Assembly: GCA_900552135.1 (NCBI GenBank)
Contig: URYN01000008.1
Location: 21,326-85,325, forward strand
Origin: an uncultured Clostridium sp.
GTDB lineage: Bacteria > Bacillota > Clostridia > TANB77 > CAG-508
DNA length: 64,000 nt
Direction: 5' to 3'
Every line of letters starts with the position of its first letter. Position 1 is the stretch's first letter. The notes below the pieces were generated by a model. It did not search any database, was not told the DNA's origin, and saw only the letters and a program-made list of their open reading frames with translations. Below, in pieces: positions 36,841 through 47,989 of this stretch. Made by a program: the position numbers and the translations under genes.

Positions 36841-37614
36841 ATGAACATAATAAAGGATTTGTACGCATATAGAGAACTATTAAAAACAAACATAACAAAA
36901 GATGTAGGTGGAAAATATAAACACTCATTTTTAGGCGTGTTATGGTCTTTTTTAAATCCACTACTTCAAATTGCTGTATATGCATTAGTTTTCCAAGTAA
37001 TATTAAAAAGCGATATAGAGAACTATGCTGTTTACTTGTGTTGTGGTTTAATTCCGTGGCAATATTTTTCTAATGTTGTTATAAGAGGAGCAGCTGTAAT
37101 GGTTGATAACGGCAATATTATAAAAAAAGTATATTTTCCGCGAGAAATTCTGCCAATATCACTTGTTGCAAGTGAAGGAGTAAACTTTTTAATTGCAACA
37201 ATAATTATACTAGGATTTGTTATTTTTGGGGGAATCGGATTATCATGGAATATATTATGGTATTTCTTAATACTTGCAATACAATTCATTGTATCTATAG
37301 GAATATCACTTCTTGTAAGTAGTTTAACAGTATACTTTAGAGATTTATTACACTTGCTAGGTGTATTTATGCAATTGTTGTTTTACGCAACACCAATTGT
37401 GTATTCGATGAATGCTGTACCAGCAAATTTTAGATGGCTATTAAGATTAAATCCAATGTCGTACTTAATAGATGGTTATAGGTCGATATTCTATAGTAAA
37501 ACAATGCCAGATTTTAGAGGATTGCTAATTGCATTTATAATGGGAATAGTTCTTTGCATAGTTGGATATTTTGTATTCAAAAAATTAGAGAAGAGATTTG
37601 CAGAGGAATTATAA
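36841..37614 (+). CDS. tagG: Polysaccharide/teichoic-acid export ABC-2 permease
   Basis: ATG abuts tagH stop; 6 TM ABC-2 permease with Wzm/TagG-like N-terminus (LGVLWSFLNPLLQI). Confidence 0.8.
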   Translation: MNIIKDLYAYRELLKTNITKDVGGKYKHSFLGVLWSFLNPLLQIAVYALVFQVILKSDIENYAVYLCCGLIPWQYFSNVVIRGAAVMVDNGNIIKKVYFPREILPISLVASEGVNFLIATIIILGFVIFGGIGLSWNILWYFLILAIQFIVSIGISLLVSSLTVYFRDLLHLLGVFMQLLFYATPIVYSMNAVPANFRWLLRLNPMSYLIDGYRSIFYSKTMPDFRGLLIAFIMGIVLCIVGYFVFKKLEKRFAEEL

Positions 37615-37625
37615 TTTATTATACC

Positions 37626-37667
37626 AAAACCATAAATGTTAGAAATAATGTTTATGGTTTTTTGTTG
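37626..37667 (+). terminator. Intrinsic terminator (AAAACCATAAACAT stem + T-run)
   Basis: 13-bp stem, TTTTTTG tail. Confidence 0.65.
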
Positions 37668-37750
37668 CTTTTTGTCGTACTTCTATTGCTTTTTTAGACT
37701 TTAATATATATAATAATCTTGAAAAATAGAATCATAAAAGGAAAATATTT

Positions 37751-39283
37751 ATGGAAGAAAATAAGAAAAAGGAAAATATTGAAAAGAAAAAAACATCTGA
37801 TATAAAGAGCTTATTTACAATAGAAAATTTGTTGTGTTTTTTTATAATAATATGTCCAATATTAGATGTTGCAAGCTTTCTTTTTAGAAATTATTTTAAA
37901 ACCAATATTTCAATATCTACATTTATAAGACCAATTATTCCTATTATAGGAATTTGCTATATATTTTTTAAAGACAAGCTGAAACCTCAATTATTTATAG
38001 CTTGTGCTTGCTATGCGGTTTATGCAATTTGCCATCTCTATATTTTTTACAAGCAAAGAGCAGGCTGTGCGTATGGTACAATTATTCAAGAAATTCAATA
38101 TTTAACAAATTATACTTTCATGATAATGAATTTGTTTATTTACACATACATATTTGCTCACAAGAATAGAGAAAAAGAACTAAAAGAAAAAAAACCAAAA
38201 AAAACAATTAATAAGCTAAAAATGTCAGTGCTAATTTCACTTACCATTTATATAGCACTTATGTATATTTCATTAATTACAGGAACATCTTCATATACAT
38301 ATAATGAGGTACAGATTGGATATAAGGGATGGTTTGAATCCGGAAATAGTATTGGAACAATAATGTTGCTTGAGATATTTATTGTACTTCCTAATCTAAG
38401 TAAAAATAATAGAACAGAAATTAGAATTTGGTCGTTTATGCTAATAGTACTTGCAGGAGCATATCTTTGCACTTTGTTGGGCACAAGAACAGGATTGTTT
38501 GGATTTATAATTGTAATTCTGGCATATTGTGTTATTGGCATAATTAACAGTTTAATAAAAAATAACAGAATAAATAAAAAAGCATTACCGGCATTTTTGA
38601 TTACTCTTGTTGTTATTGGAGTTGCAGTTATAGGGTTTGGTTCAAAAACTATTGAAAGAAGAAAAGATTTACAAGACAGAGAATCACAAATTTTAGATAC
38701 AATGACAGGAAAGACGGCTCATGTAACAGGAGATATTGTTGAAATCGTTAGAAAAATAAAGAATAATGAAATAGATGAAAGCTACATGCAAGATAGTATG
38801 CAACAAGCTTATTTGAATTTATATAATATTGCAAACGAGAAGCAGATTACAAATACAAATATGCGTGCATTACAATTTATATATCATAGTGAATTGATAA
38901 AAAATCAAAACAGTATTCCAATGCTTCTTTTTGGAAATGGATACATTCTTCATTTTTATGAAATGATTTTTGAAATGGAAGTTCCAGCATTCTTATATAA
39001 TTTTGGAGTTATAGGATTTTTCTTATATTTTATGCCATTCTTGATGATTGCAATTTATGGAACATATATAATGGTAAAAAAAATAAAGAATATAAATATT
39101 GAATTTTCTATGAGTGTTTTAGGACTATGGTTTGCAATATTTATATCATTCTTATCTGGATACACATTCTTTAATTCATCTAGCATGATGATTATAATAG
39201 TTCTTGCAACTTTTATAGTAAGTGGTTGTAAAGATTTCGATGATGATGAAATGAAAATATATAATGGAAAGGTAAAAGAATGA
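37751..39283 (+). CDS. O-antigen ligase/polymerase-like (Wzy_C family) polytopic membrane protein
   Basis: Many TM helices; LGTRTGLFGFIIVIL Wzy_C-like motif; large periplasmic loop. Confidence 0.55.
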   Translation: MEENKKKENIEKKKTSDIKSLFTIENLLCFFIIICPILDVASFLFRNYFKTNISISTFIRPIIPIIGICYIFFKDKLKPQLFIACACYAVYAICHLYIFYKQRAGCAYGTIIQEIQYLTNYTFMIMNLFIYTYIFAHKNREKELKEKKPKKTINKLKMSVLISLTIYIALMYISLITGTSSYTYNEVQIGYKGWFESGNSIGTIMLLEIFIVLPNLSKNNRTEIRIWSFMLIVLAGAYLCTLLGTRTGLFGFIIVILAYCVIGIINSLIKNNRINKKALPAFLITLVVIGVAVIGFGSKTIERRKDLQDRESQILDTMTGKTAHVTGDIVEIVRKIKNNEIDESYMQDSMQQAYLNLYNIANEKQITNTNMRALQFIYHSELIKNQNSIPMLLFGNGYILHFYEMIFEMEVPAFLYNFGVIGFFLYFMPFLMIAIYGTYIMVKKIKNINIEFSMSVLGLWFAIFISFLSGYTFFNSSSMMIIIVLATFIVSGCKDFDDDEMKIYNGKVKE

Positions 39284-40533
39284 AAAAAATTATTTTTGGA
39301 ATAACAGGTCTTACCCTAGGTGGAGCAGAGAGAGTGCTTGTAGATATTGCAAACAAACTTGTATTAAAATATGATGTAACAATTTTTACGATTTATGCAG
39401 GAGGAGAGCTTGAAAAAGAGCTTGACCAAAGAGTTCATATTATAAGTTTATTTGATTTTAAGTACAACTCTATGGGAAAATTTAAGAAAAGGATTATTCC
39501 GATTAGAGTGTTGTTAGAAAAGAAAAAGATATTTAAAAAGTATGTGGAAAGTGGCGGATATTCTACTCAGATTGCCTTTTTAGAGGGTCCAATCACAAGG
39601 ATATTTAGTGTGAAAGATAAAAAGTCTACTAAGATTGCTTGGATACACAATGATATTTCAAAGGTGTTTGGAAAAGGACCAAAGTCCAGATTAAAAAGAC
39701 TTATAGACAGAAATATATACGAAAAGTTTGATACACTTGTTTTTGTTAGTATGGATAACCTAGATAAATTTAATAAAATTTATGATGATATGGATTTACC
39801 TCATGAGAAAGTAATTAATAATTACATTGATAGTGAAAGAATTCTTAAGCTTGCTGAAGAAGAAATGAGTGAGGAAGATGAAAAACTTTTAAAAGTTGAC
39901 AAAGTAAATAATGTCAATGAAGCCAATAAAAACAATCAAGTTGATAGAACTAGTAATTTTGATAAGAGTGATAACGCTAATTTTATTGCTGGACCAACTA
40001 TTCTGCAAGTTTCTAGACTTGTTAGCCAGAAAGCTATAGATAGACTTATAAAGGTTCACTCAAAGCTGATAAAGCAAGGCTATAACCACAGAATCTTTGT
40101 GGTAGGAGACGGACCTCTTAAAGAAAAATTAGAAAAGCAAATTCAGGAAGAAAATGTTGAGAGTTCTTTTAAATTATTAGGAGCAAGAGAAAATCCATAT
40201 CCTTTAGTGAAAGAGGCAGATTTCTTTTGCTTGCTTTCAAATTTTGAAGGATACCCAATGGTAGTTGAAGAAGCAAAAATACTAAATAAATTCATTCTTG
40301 CTACCAATACGGCTACAAGAGAAGCTTTAATTGATTATGCAAGCAAGAGTTACATTGTTTCTAATAACGAAGAAGGCGTGGAAGAAGCCTTGAAGTTTGC
40401 AATAAAAAATTACAGACAAAAAAATAAGCAAAATAATCAATATGAATATGAAAATAATAGAATTATTGATAAAATAGAAAATATGATTGAAGAAAATAAA
40501 AAACACCCAGATAGAACAGGAAAGATAATATAA
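39280..40533 (+). CDS. Glycosyltransferase family 4
   Basis: GGAERV N-terminus; EGYPMVVEEAKILNKFILATN C-terminal GT4 motif; 4-nt overlap with upstream gene. Confidence 0.75.
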   Translation: MKKIIFGITGLTLGGAERVLVDIANKLVLKYDVTIFTIYAGGELEKELDQRVHIISLFDFKYNSMGKFKKRIIPIRVLLEKKKIFKKYVESGGYSTQIAFLEGPITRIFSVKDKKSTKIAWIHNDISKVFGKGPKSRLKRLIDRNIYEKFDTLVFVSMDNLDKFNKIYDDMDLPHEKVINNYIDSERILKLAEEEMSEEDEKLLKVDKVNNVNEANKNNQVDRTSNFDKSDNANFIAGPTILQVSRLVSQKAIDRLIKVHSKLIKQGYNHRIFVVGDGPLKEKLEKQIQEENVESSFKLLGARENPYPLVKEADFFCLLSNFEGYPMVVEEAKILNKFILATNTATREALIDYASKSYIVSNNEEGVEEALKFAIKNYRQKNKQNNQYEYENNRIIDKIENMIEENKKHPDRTGKII

Positions 40534-40585
40534 AAAATCTAGAGAAAGGACGAATCAATTAAAATAGATTAACAATTCTATATAA

Positions 40586-41509
40586 TTGATTGAAAGAAAA
40601 ATGAAAATTTCAATACTTACAGCTACATATAACAGAGCCTATCTTTTAGATAAGTTATATGCAAGTATTTTAATAAATAGTAATAATTGCCCAGATGTTC
40701 AAGTAGAATGGCTGGTTATGGACGATGGATCAAAAGACAATACTAAAAGATTAATGGAAGAATATTGCAAGGAAAAATTAATAGAAGTTAAATATTTTTA
40801 TCAAGAAAACCAAGGAAAAATGGTGGCGATAAATAATCTGATGAAAGAGGTAACTGGAGATTTAATAGTAGAGTGTGATTCAGACGACTTCTTTACAAAG
40901 GACGCTTTTAAAATTATTATGCAAGCATTGCAAGAATGCAGAGATATGGCAGACACCTATGCTTTAGTATTTCTGAAATATACCAAAGATGGACAAAACA
41001 TGGGAAATAATTTTATAGAAAATAATTACCAGAGTACGATGTTTGATTTGTATTTTAAAGATGGAATCACAGGGGAAAAAGCCCTAGTATACAATACATC
41101 AATAAGAAAAAATTTTGAATATAAATTAGAACATAATGAGAAATTTGTTACAGAAGCAAGATTGCATCATGAGATGGATTTACACCACCAAGTAAGATGT
41201 TTTAATAAGCCAATAATGATATGTGAATATCAAAAAGAAGGTTATACTAAAAACATAAGCAAATTATTCAAAGAAAGTCCTTTTGGATATTACAATTATT
41301 TCAAAGAAATATTTAACCAAGACATGCACGGAGTAACTTTCAAAAAGAGATTGTATGTGTATAAGCATTACATACTATTTAGTGTATTAACTAAGGAAAA
41401 AAATCCAATAAAAAATGTTCATGGATTACTTAACAAAATAATGGTTGGAATATTGTATATTCCAGGAAAAATTGCAACAAAGATGAGAATGAAAAAACAA
41501 AATGAATAA
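40586..41509 (+). CDS. Glycosyltransferase family 2
   Basis: ISILTATYNRAYLL...VMDDGSKDNT...CDSDD. Confidence 0.75.
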   Translation: MIERKMKISILTATYNRAYLLDKLYASILINSNNCPDVQVEWLVMDDGSKDNTKRLMEEYCKEKLIEVKYFYQENQGKMVAINNLMKEVTGDLIVECDSDDFFTKDAFKIIMQALQECRDMADTYALVFLKYTKDGQNMGNNFIENNYQSTMFDLYFKDGITGEKALVYNTSIRKNFEYKLEHNEKFVTEARLHHEMDLHHQVRCFNKPIMICEYQKEGYTKNISKLFKESPFGYYNYFKEIFNQDMHGVTFKKRLYVYKHYILFSVLTKEKNPIKNVHGLLNKIMVGILYIPGKIATKMRMKKQNE

Positions 41510-41683
41510 ACAGAGATTAGAGCAGAATAACTAAAATAAAAGTTGAAAAATAATTGTGATATGATATAATTCTAATGTCAGAATAAATCCTAATAAAATG
41601 GAAAAAAATTTAAAACGGCGAAAATTACAAAATTAAGAGTATACTATACGTCGAAAACTTAAAATTGAAAGGAAATTAAAAGT

Positions 41684-42817
41684 ATGTGGGGAGATATAGC
41701 TATAGCATTTTTACTTGCTTTTATAACAGCTTTTGTAATAACACCATACACGATTAGACTTGCAAAAAAGGTTGGAGCGGTGGATTATCCAAATGATAGA
41801 AGAATAAATAAAAAACCAATGCCAAGATTAGGAGGCCTTGCAGTAATAGCTGGTTTCATGATATCAGCAATCTATTTAATAATTACAATGTGCATAGAAA
41901 AAAAGGTGAATTTTGCCGAAGAGGGATTAAATAGAAAATTGATTGGTTGCTTGCTAGGAGCAATAATATTAGGAATTACATGCTATATAGATGATGTGAA
42001 AGACATAAAACCGCTTGTAAAACTTGCAGGACAAGTTATCGCAGCGATTGTAGTAGTAAGCAGTGGAGTCTTAATAGATAATTTTACTATTCCATTTAAG
42101 GAAAACAACGTGATGTTAAACGAAGTCTTTAGCTTTGTACTTACTGTAGGTTGGATAGTAGGAATAACAAATGCAATAAATTTAATTGATGGATTAGATG
42201 GATTATCATCTGGAATAACATTAATTTCATGTATATCTTTGCTAATAATATTTGCACTAAATGAATCTCCACTTATTGCAATCATATTAATAACAGCATT
42301 AGCAGGAGCCATAGTTGGATTTTTACCATATAACTTTAATCCAGCTAAAACTTTTATTGGAGATGTTGGTTCAAATTTTATGGGATTTGCTATTGCGGTA
42401 ATTTCGATACTTGGAGTCGCCAAAACATATACAGCAATAGTAATTATTGCACCAATAATAGTACTTGCTCTGCCTATTTTCGATACACTTTGGGCGATTG
42501 TAAGAAGAATTGTAAAAACTAAATCCATAAAGGGTGTATTTAAGGCAGATAAAGGACATTTGCACCATAGATTAATGGCGAAGGGCTATACCCAGAAACA
42601 GGCTGTTTTAATACTATATGGAATAACAGCCACACTCGGAATGGTTGCAATTATTTTGCTAGATAGTGGAATTTGGAAAGCATTGTCGTTTGCACTTCTT
42701 GTAGTAGTTTTCGTAGCACTAGGATATAAAGACATATTACATTTAAGAGAAGATGAATATGCAAATTCAAACGAGAAAGTTAGCACTGAAAAAGAGAACA
42801 ACAAGGAAAATAGTTAA
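41684..42817 (+). CDS. tagO: Undecaprenyl-phosphate N-acetylhexosamine-1-phosphate transferase (TagO/WecA family)
   Basis: PMPRLGGLAV, NAINLIDGLDGL, DVGSNFMGF motifs of the MraY/WecA superfamily. Confidence 0.85.
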   Translation: MWGDIAIAFLLAFITAFVITPYTIRLAKKVGAVDYPNDRRINKKPMPRLGGLAVIAGFMISAIYLIITMCIEKKVNFAEEGLNRKLIGCLLGAIILGITCYIDDVKDIKPLVKLAGQVIAAIVVVSSGVLIDNFTIPFKENNVMLNEVFSFVLTVGWIVGITNAINLIDGLDGLSSGITLISCISLLIIFALNESPLIAIILITALAGAIVGFLPYNFNPAKTFIGDVGSNFMGFAIAVISILGVAKTYTAIVIIAPIIVLALPIFDTLWAIVRRIVKTKSIKGVFKADKGHLHHRLMAKGYTQKQAVLILYGITATLGMVAIILLDSGIWKALSFALLVVVFVALGYKDILHLREDEYANSNEKVSTEKENNKENS

Positions 42818-42843
42818 TAATATGTTTGAGAAAGGAAAATAAA

Positions 42844-43791
42844 ATGAAAAAAATAACAATATTAGTACCAGCTTACAATGAAGAAGAATCTCTACCATAT
42901 TTATATGACAGAGTTAAGAAAATAATGGACGAAATGATAAACTATGAATTTGAGTTACTATTTGTAAATGATGGTAGCAAAGACAATACACTAAATGAAA
43001 TAAAAAAATTAAGAGAAACAGATAGTAGAGTTTGCTATGTTGATTTCTCAAGAAATTTTGGAAAAGAAATCGGAATGATAGCTGGGCTTGACTATGCAAC
43101 AGGAGATTGCGTAATAATAATGGATGCAGACCTTCAAGATCCACCAGAACTTATTCCTCAAATGGTTGAATTGTGGGAACAGGGATATGATGATGTATAT
43201 GCACAAAGAAAATCTAGAGCTGGAGAAACATGGCTTAAAAAATTTACATCAAAAATGTATTACAGAGTATTGCAAAGTTTAACAAAAGTACAAATTCAGA
43301 AAGATACCGGAGATTTTAGATTACTAGATAGAAGATGTGTAAATGCTTTAAAGAAGATGCGTGAAACAGGAAGATGCTCTAAGAGTATGTTTAGCTGGAT
43401 TGGATACAACAAAAAGGCAATATTATATGATAGAGATCCTCGTATTGCCGGAAAAACAAAATGGAACTATATGAAACTTATAGATTTAGCAATAGATGGA
43501 ATAACATCTTTTACAACTTCACCACTTAGAATATCAACATTTTTAAGCATTCCAACATTTTTAGCATTATTTGTATATTTTATATATGTAATTGTGAAAG
43601 CATGTGTTACACACACTGCAATACAAGCATTCCAAGCAATTATATTGCTAATATTATTCTTCTCTGGAGTACAAATAATATTGATTGGAATTATGGGAGA
43701 GTATTTAGGAAGAATATTCAATGAATCAAAACACAGACCATTATATTTAGTAAATGAATATAATGGAGAAAAAGAAACAAATGACAAGTAA
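42844..43791 (+). CDS. Polyprenyl-phosphate glycosyltransferase, CsbB/YkcC/GtrB-like GT2
   Basis: ILVPAYNEE...IMDADLQDPPE...TGDFRLLDRR; 2 C-terminal TM helices; ATG 42844 after GAAAGGA. Confidence 0.8.
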   Translation: MKKITILVPAYNEEESLPYLYDRVKKIMDEMINYEFELLFVNDGSKDNTLNEIKKLRETDSRVCYVDFSRNFGKEIGMIAGLDYATGDCVIIMDADLQDPPELIPQMVELWEQGYDDVYAQRKSRAGETWLKKFTSKMYYRVLQSLTKVQIQKDTGDFRLLDRRCVNALKKMRETGRCSKSMFSWIGYNKKAILYDRDPRIAGKTKWNYMKLIDLAIDGITSFTTSPLRISTFLSIPTFLALFVYFIYVIVKACVTHTAIQAFQAIILLILFFSGVQIILIGIMGEYLGRIFNESKHRPLYLVNEYNGEKETNDK

Positions 43792-43899
43792 ATGATATAT
43801 CAAATAATGGGTGTTAATTAGAATAAGATGAAAATAAAACATAGATAATGGAAAAATATATTGAAAAATAAACTCACAGATAAATATATGGGGGAAAAT

Positions 43900-45576
43900 A
43901 TGAAAATTGAAACAGTAGTAGCAATATTCTTAATAAGTGTAATTGCAATTATAAAATTGTTAGAAAAGTATTTGATAGAACATAATATTCAAAAAGAAAA
44001 AATTATGAATATTAATCAAATAAAGGAAAATTTTATAAACGAATATTATAAATGGATTTTTGCACTTATTATAATTGTTACTGCATTTTCTAAGTTTTAT
44101 AAATTTGGTGAAATTCCAGAATATGTTGGAGTTGACGAGGCTGCTGCAGCTTATGACTCATACTGTTTAGCAAATTATGGGGTAGACAGATATTTGCTTA
44201 AATATCCATTATATCTAATTAATTTTGGAGGCGGACAAAGTGCTTTATATGCATACTCCACAATTCCATTTATAAAACTATTTGGAGCAAATATTATTAC
44301 ATATAGATTACCTGAATTATTGTTTTTTATAATGGGAATGATTATTTCTTGTGTATTGGTATATAAAGTTAAAGACAAAAAATCAGCACTTCTATATTCA
44401 TTCCTTATAATGACATGTCCTTGGTATATAGAGGCATCTAGACAAGGCCTTGATTGCAACTTGCTAGCACCAATGTTTATGCTTGATTTATTGTTATTAT
44501 TCTCTGCCCAAAAGGATTGGCACTTTGCTGTTGCAGGAATATCAATAGGAATAACTTTATATACTTATGCTTTATCGTGGCTGTTGATTCCAGTATTTTT
44601 AGTATTATACATAGCTTATTCACTATATATGAAAAAGATAAATTTCAAACAAATAATAATACTTGGAATACCGATTTTTATACTTGCGATACCGTTAATC
44701 TATTTAATTTTATTGAATAATGGATATGTATCAAAAACTGATTTTGGAATATCCACAATTCCAAAACTTCCATATTACAGAGTGGGAGAAATAAGTTTTT
44801 CAAATATTTTTGAATGTGGATTAACAGGAATCCAATCTGTCTTTCTAAATAAATATAGCCTATTTTTTGTTGAAGTTCCGTTCCTAATAATTGGAATAAT
44901 AGATGGAATATCGGACTTTGTGTTGAGCATAAAGACAAAGAAATTTAATTTTAACGGATTTATCACTGCAACATTTGTGTTATTATTTATAACAAATTTA
45001 ATGGTAAATGTGCCATCTATAAACAAAATAAATATAGTGTATTTTCCAATGTTGTATGTTATAACGATTGGAATTATAAAAATTTCGGACAAATCATACA
45101 TAATTCCTGTAATAACAATTGTTATAATCAGTACTTTATTTATCAATTTTGAAATAGAATATTTTGATACAAATAAAAGAGATATTAGAAATGAAACAAA
45201 TCCTTATGAAGATAGAGAAATATTAAAGATTACAGAACAAATACAAGGCAATTCAGAAAATGAAGATGCGCATAAATATTTCATAACAGAAAAAGTAGTT
45301 CAACCTTACATTTATTCTTTAATGATAACTAAAACATCTCCGTATGAATTACAAGCAACAAGAAATAAATCAGACAACCCTGTATATATTACTGCATTTT
45401 CAAACTACAGTTTTGGAAGAAATGAACTTGATGATGCGACAATAAATGAAATATGCAAAGATAAAAAATTTATTGTAATAATACACAAGAAATATCAAAA
45501 CAACATAGAAAAGTTTGAACAGATTGGTAAAAATATTACTGAATATGATGATTATAAAATAATAAAAAATTATTAG
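43900..45576 (+). CDS. GT-C family (ArnT/PMT/YkcB-like) polytopic glycosyltransferase
   Basis: Partner position after CsbB-like gene; >10 TM helices with DE-containing first loop ([11 protein letters not shown]). Confidence 0.55.
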   Translation: MKIETVVAIFLISVIAIIKLLEKYLIEHNIQKEKIMNINQIKENFINEYYKWIFALIIIVTAFSKFYKFGEIPEYVGVDEAAAAYDSYCLANYGVDRYLLKYPLYLINFGGGQSALYAYSTIPFIKLFGANIITYRLPELLFFIMGMIISCVLVYKVKDKKSALLYSFLIMTCPWYIEASRQGLDCNLLAPMFMLDLLLLFSAQKDWHFAVAGISIGITLYTYALSWLLIPVFLVLYIAYSLYMKKINFKQIIILGIPIFILAIPLIYLILLNNGYVSKTDFGISTIPKLPYYRVGEISFSNIFECGLTGIQSVFLNKYSLFFVEVPFLIIGIIDGISDFVLSIKTKKFNFNGFITATFVLLFITNLMVNVPSINKINIVYFPMLYVITIGIIKISDKSYIIPVITIVIISTLFINFEIEYFDTNKRDIRNETNPYEDREILKITEQIQGNSENEDAHKYFITEKVVQPYIYSLMITKTSPYELQATRNKSDNPVYITAFSNYSFGRNELDDATINEICKDKKFIVIIHKKYQNNIEKFEQIGKNITEYDDYKIIKNY

Positions 45577-45589
45577 AAAGGCTTGCAAA

Positions 45590-46600
45590 ATGAAGGAAAA
45601 CTTAATAATAAATCCGGAAATTACAGACAATAGCGAGGAAAAGTTAGAAACGACATTAAGACCTCAAATGCTTGATGAATATATAGGACAAACAAAAGTA
45701 AAGGAAAGCATGAAGGTCTATATTGAAGCTGCTAAAAAGAGGGGAGAAGCCCTGGACCATGTTTTACTATATGGCCCTCCAGGACTTGGTAAAACAACAC
45801 TTGCTGGAATTATAGCAAATGAAATGAGCTCAAAACTAAAAATTACATCTGGTCCTGCTATAACAAAACCAGGAGATTTAGCTGCACTTCTTACAAACTT
45901 AACACCAAACGAAGTGTTATTCATAGATGAGATTCATCGTTTAAATAAAAATGTAGAAGAAATATTATATCCAGCACTAGAAGATTATGTACTTGATATA
46001 ATAATAGGAAAAGGCCCTACTGCAAAATCAATAAGGCTTAATTTACCACCATTCACATTGATTGGGGCAACAACAAAAGCAGGTTCACTTACTACACCTT
46101 TAAGAGATAGATTTGGAATAGTGCATAGATTAGAATTATATAATGAGGAAGATTTAATAAAAATAATAAAAAGATCTGCAAAAATATTGGATATAGAAAT
46201 AGACGAAGAGGCAAGTAAAGAAATTGCAAGAAGATCAAGAGGAACCCCAAGAATTGCAAATAGACTGTTAAAAAGAGTTAGAGATTACGCAATGGTGATT
46301 GGAAATGGAATGATAGATTTAAAAATAGCGAAAACAGCACTTAACAAACTTGAAATAGATGAACTTGGACTCGATGAAATAGACAGAAAAATATTGGAAA
46401 CTATGATTATAAAATATCAAGGAAAACCAATCGGAATAGAGGCTTTAGCAACAACTGTAGGGGAAGACATAGATACACTAGAAGATGTATATGAGCCTTA
46501 TTTAATACAAATAGGATTTATATCAAGAACACAAAGAGGAAGAATACCACTTCCAGCTGCATACAAACACATAGGGGCAGAATATCAGATTCAATTTTAA
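45590..46600 (+). CDS. ruvB: Holliday junction branch-migration ATPase
   Basis: [47 protein letters not shown]. Confidence 0.95.
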   Translation: MKENLIINPEITDNSEEKLETTLRPQMLDEYIGQTKVKESMKVYIEAAKKRGEALDHVLLYGPPGLGKTTLAGIIANEMSSKLKITSGPAITKPGDLAALLTNLTPNEVLFIDEIHRLNKNVEEILYPALEDYVLDIIIGKGPTAKSIRLNLPPFTLIGATTKAGSLTTPLRDRFGIVHRLELYNEEDLIKIIKRSAKILDIEIDEEASKEIARRSRGTPRIANRLLKRVRDYAMVIGNGMIDLKIAKTALNKLEIDELGLDEIDRKILETMIIKYQGKPIGIEALATTVGEDIDTLEDVYEPYLIQIGFISRTQRGRIPLPAAYKHIGAEYQIQF

Positions 46601-46615
46601 AAACAGGAGAGAAAA

Positions 46616-47971
46616 ATGAATTTTAAGAGGACTATAAAAAAATATGCAATTCAAGCAACAAAATATATATTAATTTTTATAATTTTAATTTGTATATATA
46701 TAATAACTTTAATTGGAACTAGTCTTACTCCTTCGAGTTGTATGAAAGAAAATGTAATAAAAAGCTCTGAAATACTCAAAGATGAAGGCGAAAAAAAATA
46801 CATTAATGTAGGATATAAAGACGCATCTGTATTTTTATTTACAGATGCACTTATGATTAATACGGCTTATTCCATAGATTCAAAAACTCCATTAGAAAGT
46901 GCTTTACTAGATAGAAAAAATTATATACCTGGGCAAACTTTATTAGAACATGAAGATCAACAGTATAATTTAGGTGCGTCTAAAAATTATACTGATGAGT
47001 ATGGAAATATATTTCAAACTGCTGAATTATATGGACTAATGCATGGAGAAAATATAACAGATTCATACGAATATGCAAGATATTGGCATGGTTACTTGAT
47101 AATATTAAGACCATTATTAGTTATTACCAATTATAATGGAATACGAATAATATTTTTATGCCTAATGATTGCTTTAGTTGGTTGGTTGATGTACTTAATA
47201 ATAAAGAAATTGAATATAAAGATTGCAATAATATTTTTATTAGGACTTATTTCTGCCAATATATTTGTAACAACACAGTCTTTTAATGAGATAGTAGTAT
47301 TTTTCATAGCTATAATATCATCAATATACTTATTACTGAAAAAAGACATAGAAAAAAATATAGGAATAGACTTCTTTATAATTGGCTCGGTGACGGTATT
47401 TATGGATTTGCTTACAGCTCCACTTGTTACTCTAGGCATGCCACTTGTAATATACTTTTTGTTGTCAGAGAGTAAGAAGAGGTCTGTAAAAGAAAACATA
47501 CTTACATTTATAAAGCTTTGTACCTGTTGGGCAATTGGCTATGGAATAACATGGGTTACAAAGTGGATAATAACATCAATAATATGTAACAGACCGATAA
47601 TTCAAAATGCCATTACACAAGCAAAATATAGAACTAAAAATTCAAAAATATCTTATGCAAATGTAGTAAAAAGAAATTTAACATTTTTATCTGATTTTAT
47701 AATTTTGATTTCTATGGCAATAATTGCAGTGTATACAATTATAAAACTAATAATAAATAGAAATGAAAAAATCAACTTAAAAGGAAATGCAAAGATGACT
47801 TTACCGTATCTATTTATTGGAATACTTCCATTTGCCTGGTATTTTGTACTTAAACAACATTCAATGATTCATTCATTTTTTACATATAGAATATTGTGCA
47901 TAACCGTAATATGTACATTTCTAATTGCAGAAAAAATAACAGAAAAAGAAATAATTAATAAAAATAATTAA
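46616..47971 (+). CDS. Hypothetical polytopic membrane protein
   Basis: ORF with ~10 predicted TM helices; no family recognised. Confidence 0.4.
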   Translation: MNFKRTIKKYAIQATKYILIFIILICIYIITLIGTSLTPSSCMKENVIKSSEILKDEGEKKYINVGYKDASVFLFTDALMINTAYSIDSKTPLESALLDRKNYIPGQTLLEHEDQQYNLGASKNYTDEYGNIFQTAELYGLMHGENITDSYEYARYWHGYLIILRPLLVITNYNGIRIIFLCLMIALVGWLMYLIIKKLNIKIAIIFLLGLISANIFVTTQSFNEIVVFFIAIISSIYLLLKKDIEKNIGIDFFIIGSVTVFMDLLTAPLVTLGMPLVIYFLLSESKKRSVKENILTFIKLCTCWAIGYGITWVTKWIITSIICNRPIIQNAITQAKYRTKNSKISYANVVKRNLTFLSDFIILISMAIIAVYTIIKLIINRNEKINLKGNAKMTLPYLFIGILPFAWYFVLKQHSMIHSFFTYRILCITVICTFLIAEKITEKEIINKNN

Positions 47972-47989
47972 AAGCTGAGGGAATACAAA

